A DNA stretch of 64,000 nt, from assembly GCA_963674745.2 (NCBI GenBank), contig CAXXDV010000001.1, forward strand, positions 1,600,001-1,664,000. The letters run 5' to 3'. This DNA is from Desulfosudaceae bacterium (lineage in GTDB: Bacteria; Desulfobacterota; Desulfobacteria; Desulfobacterales; Desulfosudaceae). Of the stretch, positions 9,047 through 18,824 are shown one piece after another; positions within the stretch are counted from its first letter, which is position 1; every line of letters starts with the position of its first letter. The notes under the pieces are model-generated. The model was given only the letters and a program-made list of their open reading frames with translations, ran no database searches and had not been told where the DNA came from. The position numbers and the translations under genes are program-made.

Positions 9047-10834
9047 ATGGCGACAATGGAACAGAATCTGGCACTGGCCATGCAGCACATCAATGTCAAC
9101 CGCTTAAAAGAAGCCGAAGATCTCTGCGGGCCGTTATTGCAAAGCCATCCTCTGGAGCCGCAGGTGCTTCACGCCGCCGGGTTGATCAAGTACAAAAAAA
9201 TGGATTACAAGGGGGCCATCGAGCAGTTGTCCAAGGCCGTCCAGATTGACAAGAAAAATCCGCTATACTTCGGCAACCTGGGCGAGGCCTATCGCCGCGA
9301 CCGGCAGTTTGACAAGGCACTGGAAGCGTTTGAAGAGGCCATTGCCATGATGCCGGAGTTTCTCATGGGTCACCTGGGCATCGCCAACACCCTGCGGGAC
9401 CAGAGTAAGTTCAAACAAGCAACCTCCCGGTTCCGGCTGGCCCTGGCCATCAACCCCACCTTCGCACCCGCCTATCATTACCTGGGCCTGACGTTCGTGG
9501 ACCAGGAGCGTTTAAAAGAAGCCATTCCCCTGCTGCGCAAGGCTATTGCCCTGCGGCCGGGATACATCGAGGCCCAGCTCAGCCTGGCCAACACCCTGGA
9601 ACGGGATGGTCAGTCCGAAGAGGCCCTGGAGAGGTACCGCAGCATTCTGGAAAAACTGCCCAATCATGTGGGGATTATTAATAATATTGGAAATATCCTG
9701 AAAAACATGGGGCACATCGATGAAGCCATTATCCACTTTGAAAAAGCCCTGGAACTTGATCCGGACCATGTCTCGGCTTATTACAACCTTTCCCGCGCCC
9801 GGGTGGGTTCCAACCCGGAAGAATTGGCGCGCATGGAGAAAATGGCCACCGATGATCGCCTCAACCAGGAACAGCAATGCAGCATGCATTTCTCTTTAGG
9901 CAAACTGTATGACGATCTGGGGAAATACGATAAGGCCTTTTTCCATTTCAAACGCGGTAATGAGATGGACACCCGGGAAAAACCGTTTGACCCCAAACTG
10001 CACAGCCTGGCCATAGACCGCATGATGGCCACGTTCAACAAGGAGTTTTTTTCGGGTCGCCGGGGGTTCGGCAGCGAATCCGACCTGCCGGTGTTTGTTC
10101 TGGGCATGCCCCGTTCCGGGACCACACTGGTAGAGCAGACCCTGGCCAGCCATCCGGAGGTTTACGGGGCCGGTGAATTGAATACGATCGGCCAGATTAT
10201 CGGCGCCCTGCCGAACCTTCAGGGCCGGCTGGCCGGATATCCTGAATGCGCCACCTTGATCGACGCTATCAGCGCCTGTCAGCTTGGTGAAGAATATGTG
10301 AATCATTTAAGGTCCGTCGGCGGTAATGCCAAACGGGTGACCGATAAGATGCCGGGAAATTTTATCAATTTGGGATTTATCTCTTTGCTCCTGCCCAACG
10401 CCAAAATCGTTCATTGTCACCGTGAGCCCCTGGACACCTGCCTGTCCTGCTTCTTTCAACATTTTGCCATGGTCATGCCCTTTTCCCGCGACCTGACCTT
10501 TCTCGGCAAGTATTACCATGATTACAAGCGCATCATGGATCACTGGCGCCAGGTACTGCCGCAGCAGATTTTTCATGTTCGCTATGAAGATATGGTTGCC
10601 GACCATGAGGGCATGAGCCGTAAACTGATCGAATTTATCGGCCTGGAATGGGATGAGTCCTGCCTGAATTTTCACAAGACAGAGCGGACGGTCAAAACCG
10701 CCAGTAACTGGCAGGTGAGGCAGCCGGTTTATAAAAGCTCCATGGCCCGCTGGAAAAATTACGACGAGTTTATCACTCCCTTGAGAGAGGCATTAGGCGA
10801 CGCCCAGTCGGAAGAGTCGTTAAAAAAAGATTAA
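9047..10834 (+). CDS. TPR-repeat protein with C-terminal PAPS-dependent sulfotransferase domain
   Basis: Multiple TPRs (GNLGEAY..A...F..AI...P); 5'-PSB loop VFVLGMPRSGTTL; TDKMP.NF; R.PLDTCLS; RYEDMV; V.TAS..QVRQPVY. Confidence 0.92.
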   Translation: MATMEQNLALAMQHINVNRLKEAEDLCGPLLQSHPLEPQVLHAAGLIKYKKMDYKGAIEQLSKAVQIDKKNPLYFGNLGEAYRRDRQFDKALEAFEEAIAMMPEFLMGHLGIANTLRDQSKFKQATSRFRLALAINPTFAPAYHYLGLTFVDQERLKEAIPLLRKAIALRPGYIEAQLSLANTLERDGQSEEALERYRSILEKLPNHVGIINNIGNILKNMGHIDEAIIHFEKALELDPDHVSAYYNLSRARVGSNPEELARMEKMATDDRLNQEQQCSMHFSLGKLYDDLGKYDKAFFHFKRGNEMDTREKPFDPKLHSLAIDRMMATFNKEFFSGRRGFGSESDLPVFVLGMPRSGTTLVEQTLASHPEVYGAGELNTIGQIIGALPNLQGRLAGYPECATLIDAISACQLGEEYVNHLRSVGGNAKRVTDKMPGNFINLGFISLLLPNAKIVHCHREPLDTCLSCFFQHFAMVMPFSRDLTFLGKYYHDYKRIMDHWRQVLPQQIFHVRYEDMVADHEGMSRKLIEFIGLEWDESCLNFHKTERTVKTASNWQVRQPVYKSSMARWKNYDEFITPLREALGDAQSEESLKKD

Positions 10835-10886
10835 ATCAACTCGTGAAATAGCCGGGTTATTATTTTTAGGATAGCGTTCTTATACG

Positions 10887-12569
10887 ATGCGTGAGTTAAT
10901 CAACCGCCTGAAATCAGCCCCGAGATTATCTCTGGAACTGCTGGTTTCTTCTTTTTTCATCAGCCTGCTGGCGCTTTCATCCCCCATGTTTGTCATGCTG
11001 GTGCTTAACCGTTATGTGATGCACGGTGTTGACAGTACCCTGTATACCTTGATAACAGGCGTTCTCATCGCGATCCTGATGGAGTTCGGGTTCCGGCAGG
11101 TCCGGTTAAAGCTGGCGATGGGGATCAGCATGGGCCCGGATGCCAGGATTGCGGGCGGGGCTTTTGCTTCTCTGACCAGTGCCCGCATGAGTGCCGTCGA
11201 AAAAATGCCACCAGGCTTGCGGCGGGAAGTGATGGGTGGGTTAACGGCCGTGCAACATGCCTACAGCCCGGAAAACATATCCACGGTTATGGATATGTTT
11301 TTTGCTTTTATGTATATTGTCGTGCTTTTCCTGATGGATCCGACCATCGGCGCAATTGTAACCGGTTTTATCTTCGTCATGTTTGTTTTCGCGCTGATCA
11401 GTCACAACCTGCTGGGTGGGCCCATGCAGGAACTCAACCAGGCGGCTGTTCGCAACAATGCCCTGGTGGGATCGGCTATCATGGCGACGGATTCAATTCG
11501 GAGTTTTAACGCGGCCAGGTTTCTCAAGGAACTGTGGGGAAAACAGCAGGCCCTGACCAATCGCCTGAGGAAGAAACTGACCACCCGGCAGGGACTTTCC
11601 CAGTCAATCACCATGAGCATCAACTCCCTGATGACAGTGGCTGTTATTGGCATGGGGGCGAAGCTTGTGGTCGCCGGCAACATGTCGGTCGGCGTTATGA
11701 TCGGCTTTAATATTCTGGCCGCCCGGGCATTGGCGCCCATCAGCCGTTTTGCCATGCTTGGCGCGGTGTTTACCAAGGCCCAGCAGGCGCTGGATCTTCT
11801 GGACGGGTTTTCCAACCTGCCTAGGGAATCAACCCGGGGCAGTGCCCTGCGAAATTACAGCGGCCGTCTGGAATTAAAGGATCTGGCTTTCTGGTTTCAG
11901 GGGTCGTCTGGTCCGCTGTTCGAATCTGTTTCCCTGACCCTTTCACCGGGCCAGGTCCTGTTGATTACCGGCGATAACGGCACCGGCAAAACGACCCTGG
12001 CCCGGGTGCTGCTGGGGCTTCTGGACTCGACCCGGGGGCAGGTGTTTGTGGACGGTCTCGATCTTCGCCAGGTCCTCCCGGAATGGTGGCGCCAACAGGT
12101 TATCTATCTTCCCCAGGAGCCGGTTTTTTTTGACGGTACCATTCGAGAAAATTTAGTTACCCTTAAACCGGATCTTGATGACCAAACACTGCAGCAGATC
12201 GTCAAACGGTCCGGTCTGACCCGTTTTCTGGATGAAAGTCCGGAGGGCCTTGCAACCAAGCTGGTTAACGGTGGGATGAATATCGCGGTCGGTATCCGTC
12301 GACGACTGGCCCTGGCCCGGGCGCTGGTATCCGACGGCATGCTGGTCGTGTTTGACGAACCGGTCGGCGGGCTGGACAATGATGGCATAATTGTTGTGTC
12401 AAATGTCATGCGGGAGCTTCTTCAGAACGGGCGGGCGCTGGTGGTGTGTTCTCATAACCCCAACATTCTTCAGGCCAACGGGTTTCGACTGGATTTAAAC
12501 AAAAAGCCGATTCCTGAAGTGAGCCGGTTTACAGCGGAAAAGCCCGCCATTCCGGAAAAGACGCCATGA
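10887..12569 (+). CDS. Type I secretion ABC transporter (permease plus ATPase, no C39 domain)
   Basis: N-terminal TM helices, Walker A GDNGTGKT, YLPQE, Walker B VVFDEP, H-loop CSH; signature degenerate (IAVGIRRR). Confidence 0.9.
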   Translation: MRELINRLKSAPRLSLELLVSSFFISLLALSSPMFVMLVLNRYVMHGVDSTLYTLITGVLIAILMEFGFRQVRLKLAMGISMGPDARIAGGAFASLTSARMSAVEKMPPGLRREVMGGLTAVQHAYSPENISTVMDMFFAFMYIVVLFLMDPTIGAIVTGFIFVMFVFALISHNLLGGPMQELNQAAVRNNALVGSAIMATDSIRSFNAARFLKELWGKQQALTNRLRKKLTTRQGLSQSITMSINSLMTVAVIGMGAKLVVAGNMSVGVMIGFNILAARALAPISRFAMLGAVFTKAQQALDLLDGFSNLPRESTRGSALRNYSGRLELKDLAFWFQGSSGPLFESVSLTLSPGQVLLITGDNGTGKTTLARVLLGLLDSTRGQVFVDGLDLRQVLPEWWRQQVIYLPQEPVFFDGTIRENLVTLKPDLDDQTLQQIVKRSGLTRFLDESPEGLATKLVNGGMNIAVGIRRRLALARALVSDGMLVVFDEPVGGLDNDGIIVVSNVMRELLQNGRALVVCSHNPNILQANGFRLDLNKKPIPEVSRFTAEKPAIPEKTP

Positions 12570-13963
12570 ACGAAGAGAAAACAGAACCTCGGGTGAACCA
12601 GGCCGAGGGTGATAATAACGTCGGCAAAGAGCTGGTCAAAACGGAAAACATTCCGGCCGAAGAATCGCGACCGGATTATGAATCTGTTGTTGAAGACGCT
12701 GTTGGCCAGTTCCCTCACTATTTTTTGGCCCTTTTTGTTTCAATGTGCCTGGCTTTTTTCTTCTGGGCAACGTTCAGCAAACTGGACATTTTCAGTATGG
12801 CCCAGGGAGAAGTGGTGCCTTCTTCCAAAGTAAAAAGCGTTCAGCACCTTGAGGGTGGAATTGTTCAGCGGATTCTTGTCCGGGAAGGGCAGCGGGTTAA
12901 AAAGGATGAAGCGCTGGTTGAGCTGCAGGCCACGGCCAGCGACGCTGATGTCCGGGAACTGAATGTGCGCATCACCTCCCTGAGAGTCGAAGGAGAACGG
13001 CTGGCGGCGGAGCTGGCCAACCGGGATGAGGTGAAGTTCAGTCCGGAGTTGGTGCAGGATCATCCGGATCTTGTCAGCCAGGCCCAGGAATTTTTTCATG
13101 CCCGTCGCCAGCGATTAAAATTGGATCAGGAGCGGCAAACCCAGCTGGTTAATCAGAGACGGCAGGAAATTAATGAAATTGAGGCCCGGTTGCGAAATCA
13201 CAAAAGCCGGCTGTTGCTGCTGGAAGAACAGATCGGCATCAGCGAAGAACTGCTCAAGGATGATTTGACCAACCGTTACACCCACCTGAATTTACTGAAA
13301 GAACAGAACGCCTTAAAAAGTGCCATTGAAGAAAACGAATCAGCCCTGAATCAGGCCGCGACCGCCTTGAAAGTGGAGCAGGTGCGATTGAACAGCATCC
13401 TTTCGGCTTACAATGAAGATGTTCAGAAGAGTCTGGATGAAAATCGCAGGAATTATGACGGTTACACTGAGCGCTTGCGAAAATTTAACGACAGCCTGGA
13501 TAGAACGGTCTTGCGGGCGCCGGTGGACGGGATTGTCAAAACACTTTACCTGGTGACCGAGGGCGGTGTCATTCGTCCCGGTGAAACTGTTCTGGATATC
13601 GTCCCGGAAGACGATCTGCTGATAGTCGAAGCACGGCTGCCGACCCAGGATATCGGCTATATTCATCTCGGCCAGAAAGCTCAGATTAAGTTGGCTTCAG
13701 CGGATGCCAGGCAATTCGGCACTATTCACGGTGAGGTGGTCAATATCAGTCCGGACACGCTGATTTCAGATAGGGGCCAACCTTATTACAAGGTCCGTAT
13801 CGCCACTGACCAGGCCTGTTTTGAGGGCAGAGGAGGGGCTGAATATTGCCTTTATCCGGGCATGATTCTGCAGGTGAGTATTCAGACCGGTAAGCGGACT
13901 GTACTGGACTACCTGATTGCGCCGTACTTTTCTTCCCTGGAAGATGCCTTTACCGAACGATAA
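12566..13963 (+). CDS. HlyD-family T1SS membrane fusion protein
   Basis: GEVVP..VQHLEGGIV..I.VREG..V; coiled coil; RAPVDGIV; LYPGM....I.TGKRTVLDY; ATGA overlap with the ABC gene. Confidence 0.93.
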   Translation: MNEEKTEPRVNQAEGDNNVGKELVKTENIPAEESRPDYESVVEDAVGQFPHYFLALFVSMCLAFFFWATFSKLDIFSMAQGEVVPSSKVKSVQHLEGGIVQRILVREGQRVKKDEALVELQATASDADVRELNVRITSLRVEGERLAAELANRDEVKFSPELVQDHPDLVSQAQEFFHARRQRLKLDQERQTQLVNQRRQEINEIEARLRNHKSRLLLLEEQIGISEELLKDDLTNRYTHLNLLKEQNALKSAIEENESALNQAATALKVEQVRLNSILSAYNEDVQKSLDENRRNYDGYTERLRKFNDSLDRTVLRAPVDGIVKTLYLVTEGGVIRPGETVLDIVPEDDLLIVEARLPTQDIGYIHLGQKAQIKLASADARQFGTIHGEVVNISPDTLISDRGQPYYKVRIATDQACFEGRGGAEYCLYPGMILQVSIQTGKRTVLDYLIAPYFSSLEDAFTER

Positions 13964-13968
13964 CTTGC

Positions 13969-15000
13969 TTAGACGATGTCCGGTTTTTCGGTGGAATCAG
14001 CCTGTTGCGGCCGTTCAGCTTTTCCCTGCCCCAGTTTTTTAAATTCATCCTTGAAGCTGCCGTCAATTTTATGTGCCCAGGCCGAGGCAAAGGGGGGGGC
14101 CAGGGCGGGGTTGAACACAAAATGGATAACATTCCAGGCCAGCCCGAATATGGTCTTTCTGCGGCCGCAGATCCTGAAGTTTCTAAAACCCATATCATAA
14201 ATGGTTTTCAGCTCCTGACGCCTTAAAACATTGGGGCGGACATGGGCCGGGTTTTTTTGGGAGGAAATAATGCCGAATTGGCCGGCACAATGTTTCTGCT
14301 TGATCTGTTTCAGCTCTTCCCCTAACTGCGGGGATCGCTGGATGTTAAACCGGGAGATGGCCATCAAATGACGTTTGCGAGTGGGGCACTTGTAAGCGCA
14401 TTCGTCATTAACAATAATCTCAACCTTGTCGCGGTCAAGCTGGTCAAGAAGCTCCAGATCAAACACATGATCAGGGTAAACAACCACCCGGTCAAAACGG
14501 TCCTGCATCTTTTTGTACCAGTTGACATCACCTTGAGGATTTTCAATGAGGGCTTTTTCATAGGAGCAGATTTGCTTTAAGCCCGGTTTTTTGTCCCTGA
14601 TGTAATTAGACAACAAATCGCTGGCAACAATTACACCGTTTAAGCCGCTGCTTTCATCCAGCTGCTCTAAAAGCGTGTTGGCTGTCGAATCGGCCAGATG
14701 CTGCTTTTCAAGAGCGATGTTGGTGAATGTCAGGTACACGGAGATATCATGCTTGTTCAAAACATCGGAAAAATTTTTTGCGTCCGTGTTGGGAACATTG
14801 GCATTCAGATAGCCGCCGTTCCAGGCCAGATCCGGACAGCCGTGAACAGCGCCGATAACAGGAAGAACATCATGGCTGTTCATGGTGTTGACGAAAATGC
14901 GCAGAAAAAGCCGGTAATTATATAACCCGGAGACGTTCCATTTTACTTCCGGCCAGTCCGGGTGAATTATACTCTCTTCACGTTCCGTTTTTAACAACAT
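13969..15000 (-). CDS. U32-peptidase-like (putative Fe-S, TIM-barrel) protein, paralogue 2
   Basis: WNGG, LTFTN, NGVIV..DL, NDECAYKCP.R..H, GFRNFRICGR; clearly homologous to 15005-16021. Confidence 0.55.
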   Translation of the reverse strand: MLLKTEREESIIHPDWPEVKWNVSGLYNYRLFLRIFVNTMNSHDVLPVIGAVHGCPDLAWNGGYLNANVPNTDAKNFSDVLNKHDISVYLTFTNIALEKQHLADSTANTLLEQLDESSGLNGVIVASDLLSNYIRDKKPGLKQICSYEKALIENPQGDVNWYKKMQDRFDRVVVYPDHVFDLELLDQLDRDKVEIIVNDECAYKCPTRKRHLMAISRFNIQRSPQLGEELKQIKQKHCAGQFGIISSQKNPAHVRPNVLRRQELKTIYDMGFRNFRICGRRKTIFGLAWNVIHFVFNPALAPPFASAWAHKIDGSFKDEFKKLGQGKAERPQQADSTEKPDIV

Positions 15001-15004
15001 AAAA

Positions 15005-16021
15005 TTATATTACCCCTTTTTCTTTGGCCAACCGGTTGTAATCGTTTTTTGTTTTTTGATCAATGCTGGAGTAGAGTATCCGCGCAAAAATGTAGGCCTG
15101 TTCCGGGTTGAATACCCAATTCAAAATATTCCAGGACATGCCGTATATTGTCTTGCGGCGGCCTGAAATTTTAAGGTGCCTGAAACCCATGTCATATATG
15201 GTCTTCACTTCGTCATGGTACAGATAACAGGACCTGAGCCATTTGGTGTTTTTTTCCTTGTTTAAGATGCCGCCACCGCCGGCGCATTTGTTCTGTCTGA
15301 TGGTGGTGATCTCTTCCATGGTTGCTTTGGCTTTTTCCTTATCTTCATACTGAGCGATATTGAAGACGGAATTAAGGGTTTGATGGGACGCGCGGTTGGG
15401 GCACTTGTAAATACATTCTTCGGTGATCAGAATTTCAGCCTTGTCGCGATCCAGCTTGTCGAGCAGGTCCAGGTCAAACATATGATCGGTATGAACAACT
15501 ACCCGGTCAAATTTTTCTTCCATTCTCCGGTACCAGTCAATATCGCCTTTGGGATTTTCAATAAACGATTTCACCACCGAAGCAACCAGCTTCACACCGG
15601 GTTTTTTCTTGCGAACATAATCGGCCATGAGGTCGTTTAATACGATTACCCCGTTAAGTCCGCACGACTCATCCAGACAATCCAGCAGTTGGTTGCCGGC
15701 CGGATCATCTAAATGCCGTTTTTCCAGAATAGCGTTGGTGAAGGTCAGGTAAACACCGATTCCCAGCTGATTAAGGGTTTTGAAGTAAGTGTCCACGTCC
15801 GTATAATTCGGCACCTGGGCATTGACGCGACCGCCGTTCCAGAGCAGGTCCGGTGCCCCGTGAAATGATTCCAGAACATGCGTTAATCCGTGGGGCCGCA
15901 TGGTCTTGACCAGGAAATTGATCAGGGGCCGATAATTGAACAGCCCGGAAATATTCCATTTGACTTCCGGCCAATCCGGATGAAGAAGATTGCCTTCCCG
16001 CTTCATGTTAAAAGTGGTCAT
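15005..16021 (-). CDS. U32-peptidase-like (putative Fe-S, TIM-barrel) protein, paralogue 1
   Basis: WNGGR, LTFTN, EECIYKCPNR..H, KCAG, RSCY, GFRHLKISGR (U32-like K.xGR end motif); GAGG RBS. Confidence 0.58.
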   Translation of the reverse strand: MTTFNMKREGNLLHPDWPEVKWNISGLFNYRPLINFLVKTMRPHGLTHVLESFHGAPDLLWNGGRVNAQVPNYTDVDTYFKTLNQLGIGVYLTFTNAILEKRHLDDPAGNQLLDCLDESCGLNGVIVLNDLMADYVRKKKPGVKLVASVVKSFIENPKGDIDWYRRMEEKFDRVVVHTDHMFDLDLLDKLDRDKAEILITEECIYKCPNRASHQTLNSVFNIAQYEDKEKAKATMEEITTIRQNKCAGGGGILNKEKNTKWLRSCYLYHDEVKTIYDMGFRHLKISGRRKTIYGMSWNILNWVFNPEQAYIFARILYSSIDQKTKNDYNRLAKEKGVI

Positions 16022-16238
16022 GATTTTTAACCTCTTAAAAATATTGCTGATAACAATTGTTATGCCTCCTGACCTAACCCGGGAGATAACTTTAAATAGA
16101 TATCATATGTTTGAATTGATTTACAGATTTTTTTGTCGATGATGGGATGCGTTTTACGACTATTTTCTGTGTTCGTCAAAAGCGGTGGTTTATGGTAAAA
16201 GATATTTGGAAGACAATCAAAACGTTGAAAGGTCTTAA

Positions 16239-17819
16239 ATGAAACGATTGTTTTTATTGTTAATTCTGTTTTTGACCGGGGCTTTCGGCCTGACCGTCGT
16301 TTTGCCGGCAAATGCCGAAACCTCAATGCCTGTATCGGAAAAAGCCTGGGTAATGCCGATTCTAAAAAATGGCAAAACCGGATGGCCCTGTCCGGTGGTG
16401 GTCTGGTTTGACCGGCAGTTTTTGGAAAACGGTGAGGCCTATCAGCAGAAGAAAATCGAATATTCCGGGCAGAAGCGGAGCGATCTGCGGCGCCGGGTGA
16501 CAGCGACCTTGAAGCAGTACAGTGATGATTCCTGGCGACAGGCCGCAGGCAAGATCGAGGCCCTGGAGCGGCAGAAAAAAATCGACCAGGTTGAACGGCA
16601 CTGGATCGTCAACGGTTTCAGCTGCCGGGTGAGCAGTGCCGGTGCCCTGGCCGATTTAGCCGCTGTTCCCGGGGTGGACAGGATTTTTGCCCGGGTGGAC
16701 GCGCTGCCGTTCCGGCCGAGCGCGGGACAGCCCCGATTTTATCCCGCGGCCGTCCTGGATGCGTTTAACCCGGGCGCGGTGGAGTGCCCCTGGTATATCA
16801 AGAAACTGGAGGCAGACCGGGTTTGGCGGGAGTTCGGTGTTTACGGCCAAAACACCCTTAATGTGATTCATGACAGCAATTTTACGATAACCCCCGGGCT
16901 GATTACCACGCTCTATCGTAATCCCGGTGAAATACCGGCCAACGGGAAAGATGACGATGGCAACGGCCGGGTTGATGATGTTCACGGCTTTAATTTTGAC
17001 AGTAACAATGCCGACCTGACGCCGATTCAGGATGCCGGCGGCAGAAAGGCCGCGGGGGTACGGCATGGCTCCTGGTGCGCCGCGATGGTGTGCGGGGCCG
17101 AACAGGGAAAGACGTCCTGGGTGCCGGGGCTGGCGCCCCGTGGCCGATGGGCCGGGATTATCGGCCATGGCCGGATAGAAGCCATGGTAGAGTGGGCGGT
17201 GGGAATTGGCGCCGATACATACAGTATGAGCTTTTCCCTGCCTGGTTTAGGTCAGTATCGCACCCATTGGCGTAAAGTCATGGAGCACGGCTCCCTGTGC
17301 GGACTGGTCTTTGTTTCAGGCGCCGGAAATTTCGCCCGCCGGGAAAAACGAAATTTTGCGCCGGTGCCCGTCCAGATGCGTGTTCCCGAGGATATCCCGG
17401 AAGCGGTTTTTTCTGCCGCCGGTGTGGGCCGGGACCTGGTCCGGCCGCCGTTTTCCAGCCAGGGGCCGGTTCAATGGATGACCGATTATTACCGGGACGG
17501 GCAGGTGCCCAAGCCGGATGTGTCAACCTTTAACGTCGCCATACCGGTATTGACGCCCGATGGCGAAATCAGCGGCCGCGGGGTTTCCGGCAACTCTTTT
17601 GCCGGGGCCATGCTCAGCGGCGCCGTTGCCCTGATCCTTTCGGCTGATCCGGAAACCCTGCCCTGGGACCTGCGCGACATCATGATCAAGACGGCCATGG
17701 ACGTCGATCCGGCCGGGTTTGACTACCAGACAGGCCATGGTTTGATTAACTGCTATCGCGCGGTTCAAGAGGTCCGGCGCCGGACGGGTCAATCACCCGG
17801 GACAAACAAGAAGGAATAA
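16239..17819 (+). CDS. Secreted subtilisin-like S8 serine peptidase
   Basis: Signal peptide; triad IHDSN / HGSWCA / SGNSFA; oxyanion GAGN; NPGEI..NG.DDDGNG.VDDVHG insert; FSSQGP, KPDV. Confidence 0.85.
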   Translation: MKRLFLLLILFLTGAFGLTVVLPANAETSMPVSEKAWVMPILKNGKTGWPCPVVVWFDRQFLENGEAYQQKKIEYSGQKRSDLRRRVTATLKQYSDDSWRQAAGKIEALERQKKIDQVERHWIVNGFSCRVSSAGALADLAAVPGVDRIFARVDALPFRPSAGQPRFYPAAVLDAFNPGAVECPWYIKKLEADRVWREFGVYGQNTLNVIHDSNFTITPGLITTLYRNPGEIPANGKDDDGNGRVDDVHGFNFDSNNADLTPIQDAGGRKAAGVRHGSWCAAMVCGAEQGKTSWVPGLAPRGRWAGIIGHGRIEAMVEWAVGIGADTYSMSFSLPGLGQYRTHWRKVMEHGSLCGLVFVSGAGNFARREKRNFAPVPVQMRVPEDIPEAVFSAAGVGRDLVRPPFSSQGPVQWMTDYYRDGQVPKPDVSTFNVAIPVLTPDGEISGRGVSGNSFAGAMLSGAVALILSADPETLPWDLRDIMIKTAMDVDPAGFDYQTGHGLINCYRAVQEVRRRTGQSPGTNKKE

Positions 17820-18668
17820 ATGGATAAGGAAAGTATCACAGCAGCGATTGACCTGGGCGCGGCCGAGGTTCTGAACGTGAGTGAGCGCGGTGACGGCCGT
17901 CAGCAGATACTCAAAGTTCCCTGCCATGACGGGTTTATCATTCTCAAATGCTATGGCCTGAAACGGACCCGTTTGCGGGCGTTGATCCGGCAATTCGGAT
18001 CCTTTTTCCTGATCAGAAAGTCCTCGGTTACCGTAAGCGGCCGGCGCGCGACTGAACTTGCCGTGATGTCGCTCTGGAAGCAGGAGGGGTTTGATGTGCC
18101 GGAAGTTTACGACCTGCCCGAGCTGCCTCAGGACTTCCCTTTATGCATTGCCATGGAATGGATTCCCGGCCCCACCCTGGTGCAGGTGTTGAAAGACGAA
18201 AGTTATTCTCCGGATCTGAAAAAAGAGCTCATCGCCCGCTACGCAAAGGCCTGGGGAAAACGTCACGTGCGGGCCCTTGAGCTCAACGAGCCGCGGCTGC
18301 TCCAGGAAAACCCCACCCTGTCTCATGTGTTTTATTCAAACGACCGGCTGGTGCACTTTGATTTTGAAATCGTGTTTACCTGGAAAAAAGATATTGAGCG
18401 GCTGGTTCGCAGGGAAATCGTGGGGGTTGTCCACGCCCTGGCCAAGGCGGGTGGAGAAAATTTTGAACCCCTGCTCGACACGCTTCTGGATAACTATCCC
18501 GACCTGTCGCATTTCCGGCAGGCCGTGGCCGAGCTGAACCGATACGGCACCGTGCCGGAGGTGGGCTGGTCGGCCGTGCTTCACCTGCTGACGCGAAAAA
18601 GAAAACGGTATTTGAAGCGGCAGTATTTTACCGACGTGCTCGACCGGGCGTTACAAAAAAGGGCCTAA
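17820..18668 (+). CDS. Protein-kinase-like fold protein (Kdo/LPS-kinase-like, atypical catalytic loop)
   Basis: ILKCY, E...SLW..GF.VP, MEWIPG, FDFE; adjacent to the S8 gene; paralogue of 20216-21058. Confidence 0.6.
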   Translation: MDKESITAAIDLGAAEVLNVSERGDGRQQILKVPCHDGFIILKCYGLKRTRLRALIRQFGSFFLIRKSSVTVSGRRATELAVMSLWKQEGFDVPEVYDLPELPQDFPLCIAMEWIPGPTLVQVLKDESYSPDLKKELIARYAKAWGKRHVRALELNEPRLLQENPTLSHVFYSNDRLVHFDFEIVFTWKKDIERLVRREIVGVVHALAKAGGENFEPLLDTLLDNYPDLSHFRQAVAELNRYGTVPEVGWSAVLHLLTRKRKRYLKRQYFTDVLDRALQKRA

Positions 18669-18820
18669 CCCGGATATTTCACGAGTTCTTCCCATATTGC
18701 ACGCTATCGGGCACGGCACGCCGTGCCCCTACGTAGATTTTCCCCGAGCGCCTATGTAGGGGCACGGCGTGCCGTGCCCGATTGTTGAGGCCCGTAGGGG
18801 CACGGCGTGCCGTGCCCGAT
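18666..18820. repeat. TA-ended inverted-repeat end followed by three GTAG-type REP hairpins
   Basis: TAACCCGGATATTTCACGAGTT at 18666; GTAGGGGCACGGCGTGCCGTGCCC at 18756 and 18794, inverted copy at 18709-18732. Confidence 0.85.
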
Positions 18821-18824
18821 ATGG

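Noticed and set aside
18706..18820. Possible CRISPR array (three ~27-bp repeats)
   Set aside because: Mixed orientation, short irregular spacers, GTAG-hairpin structure and no cas genes; these are REPs
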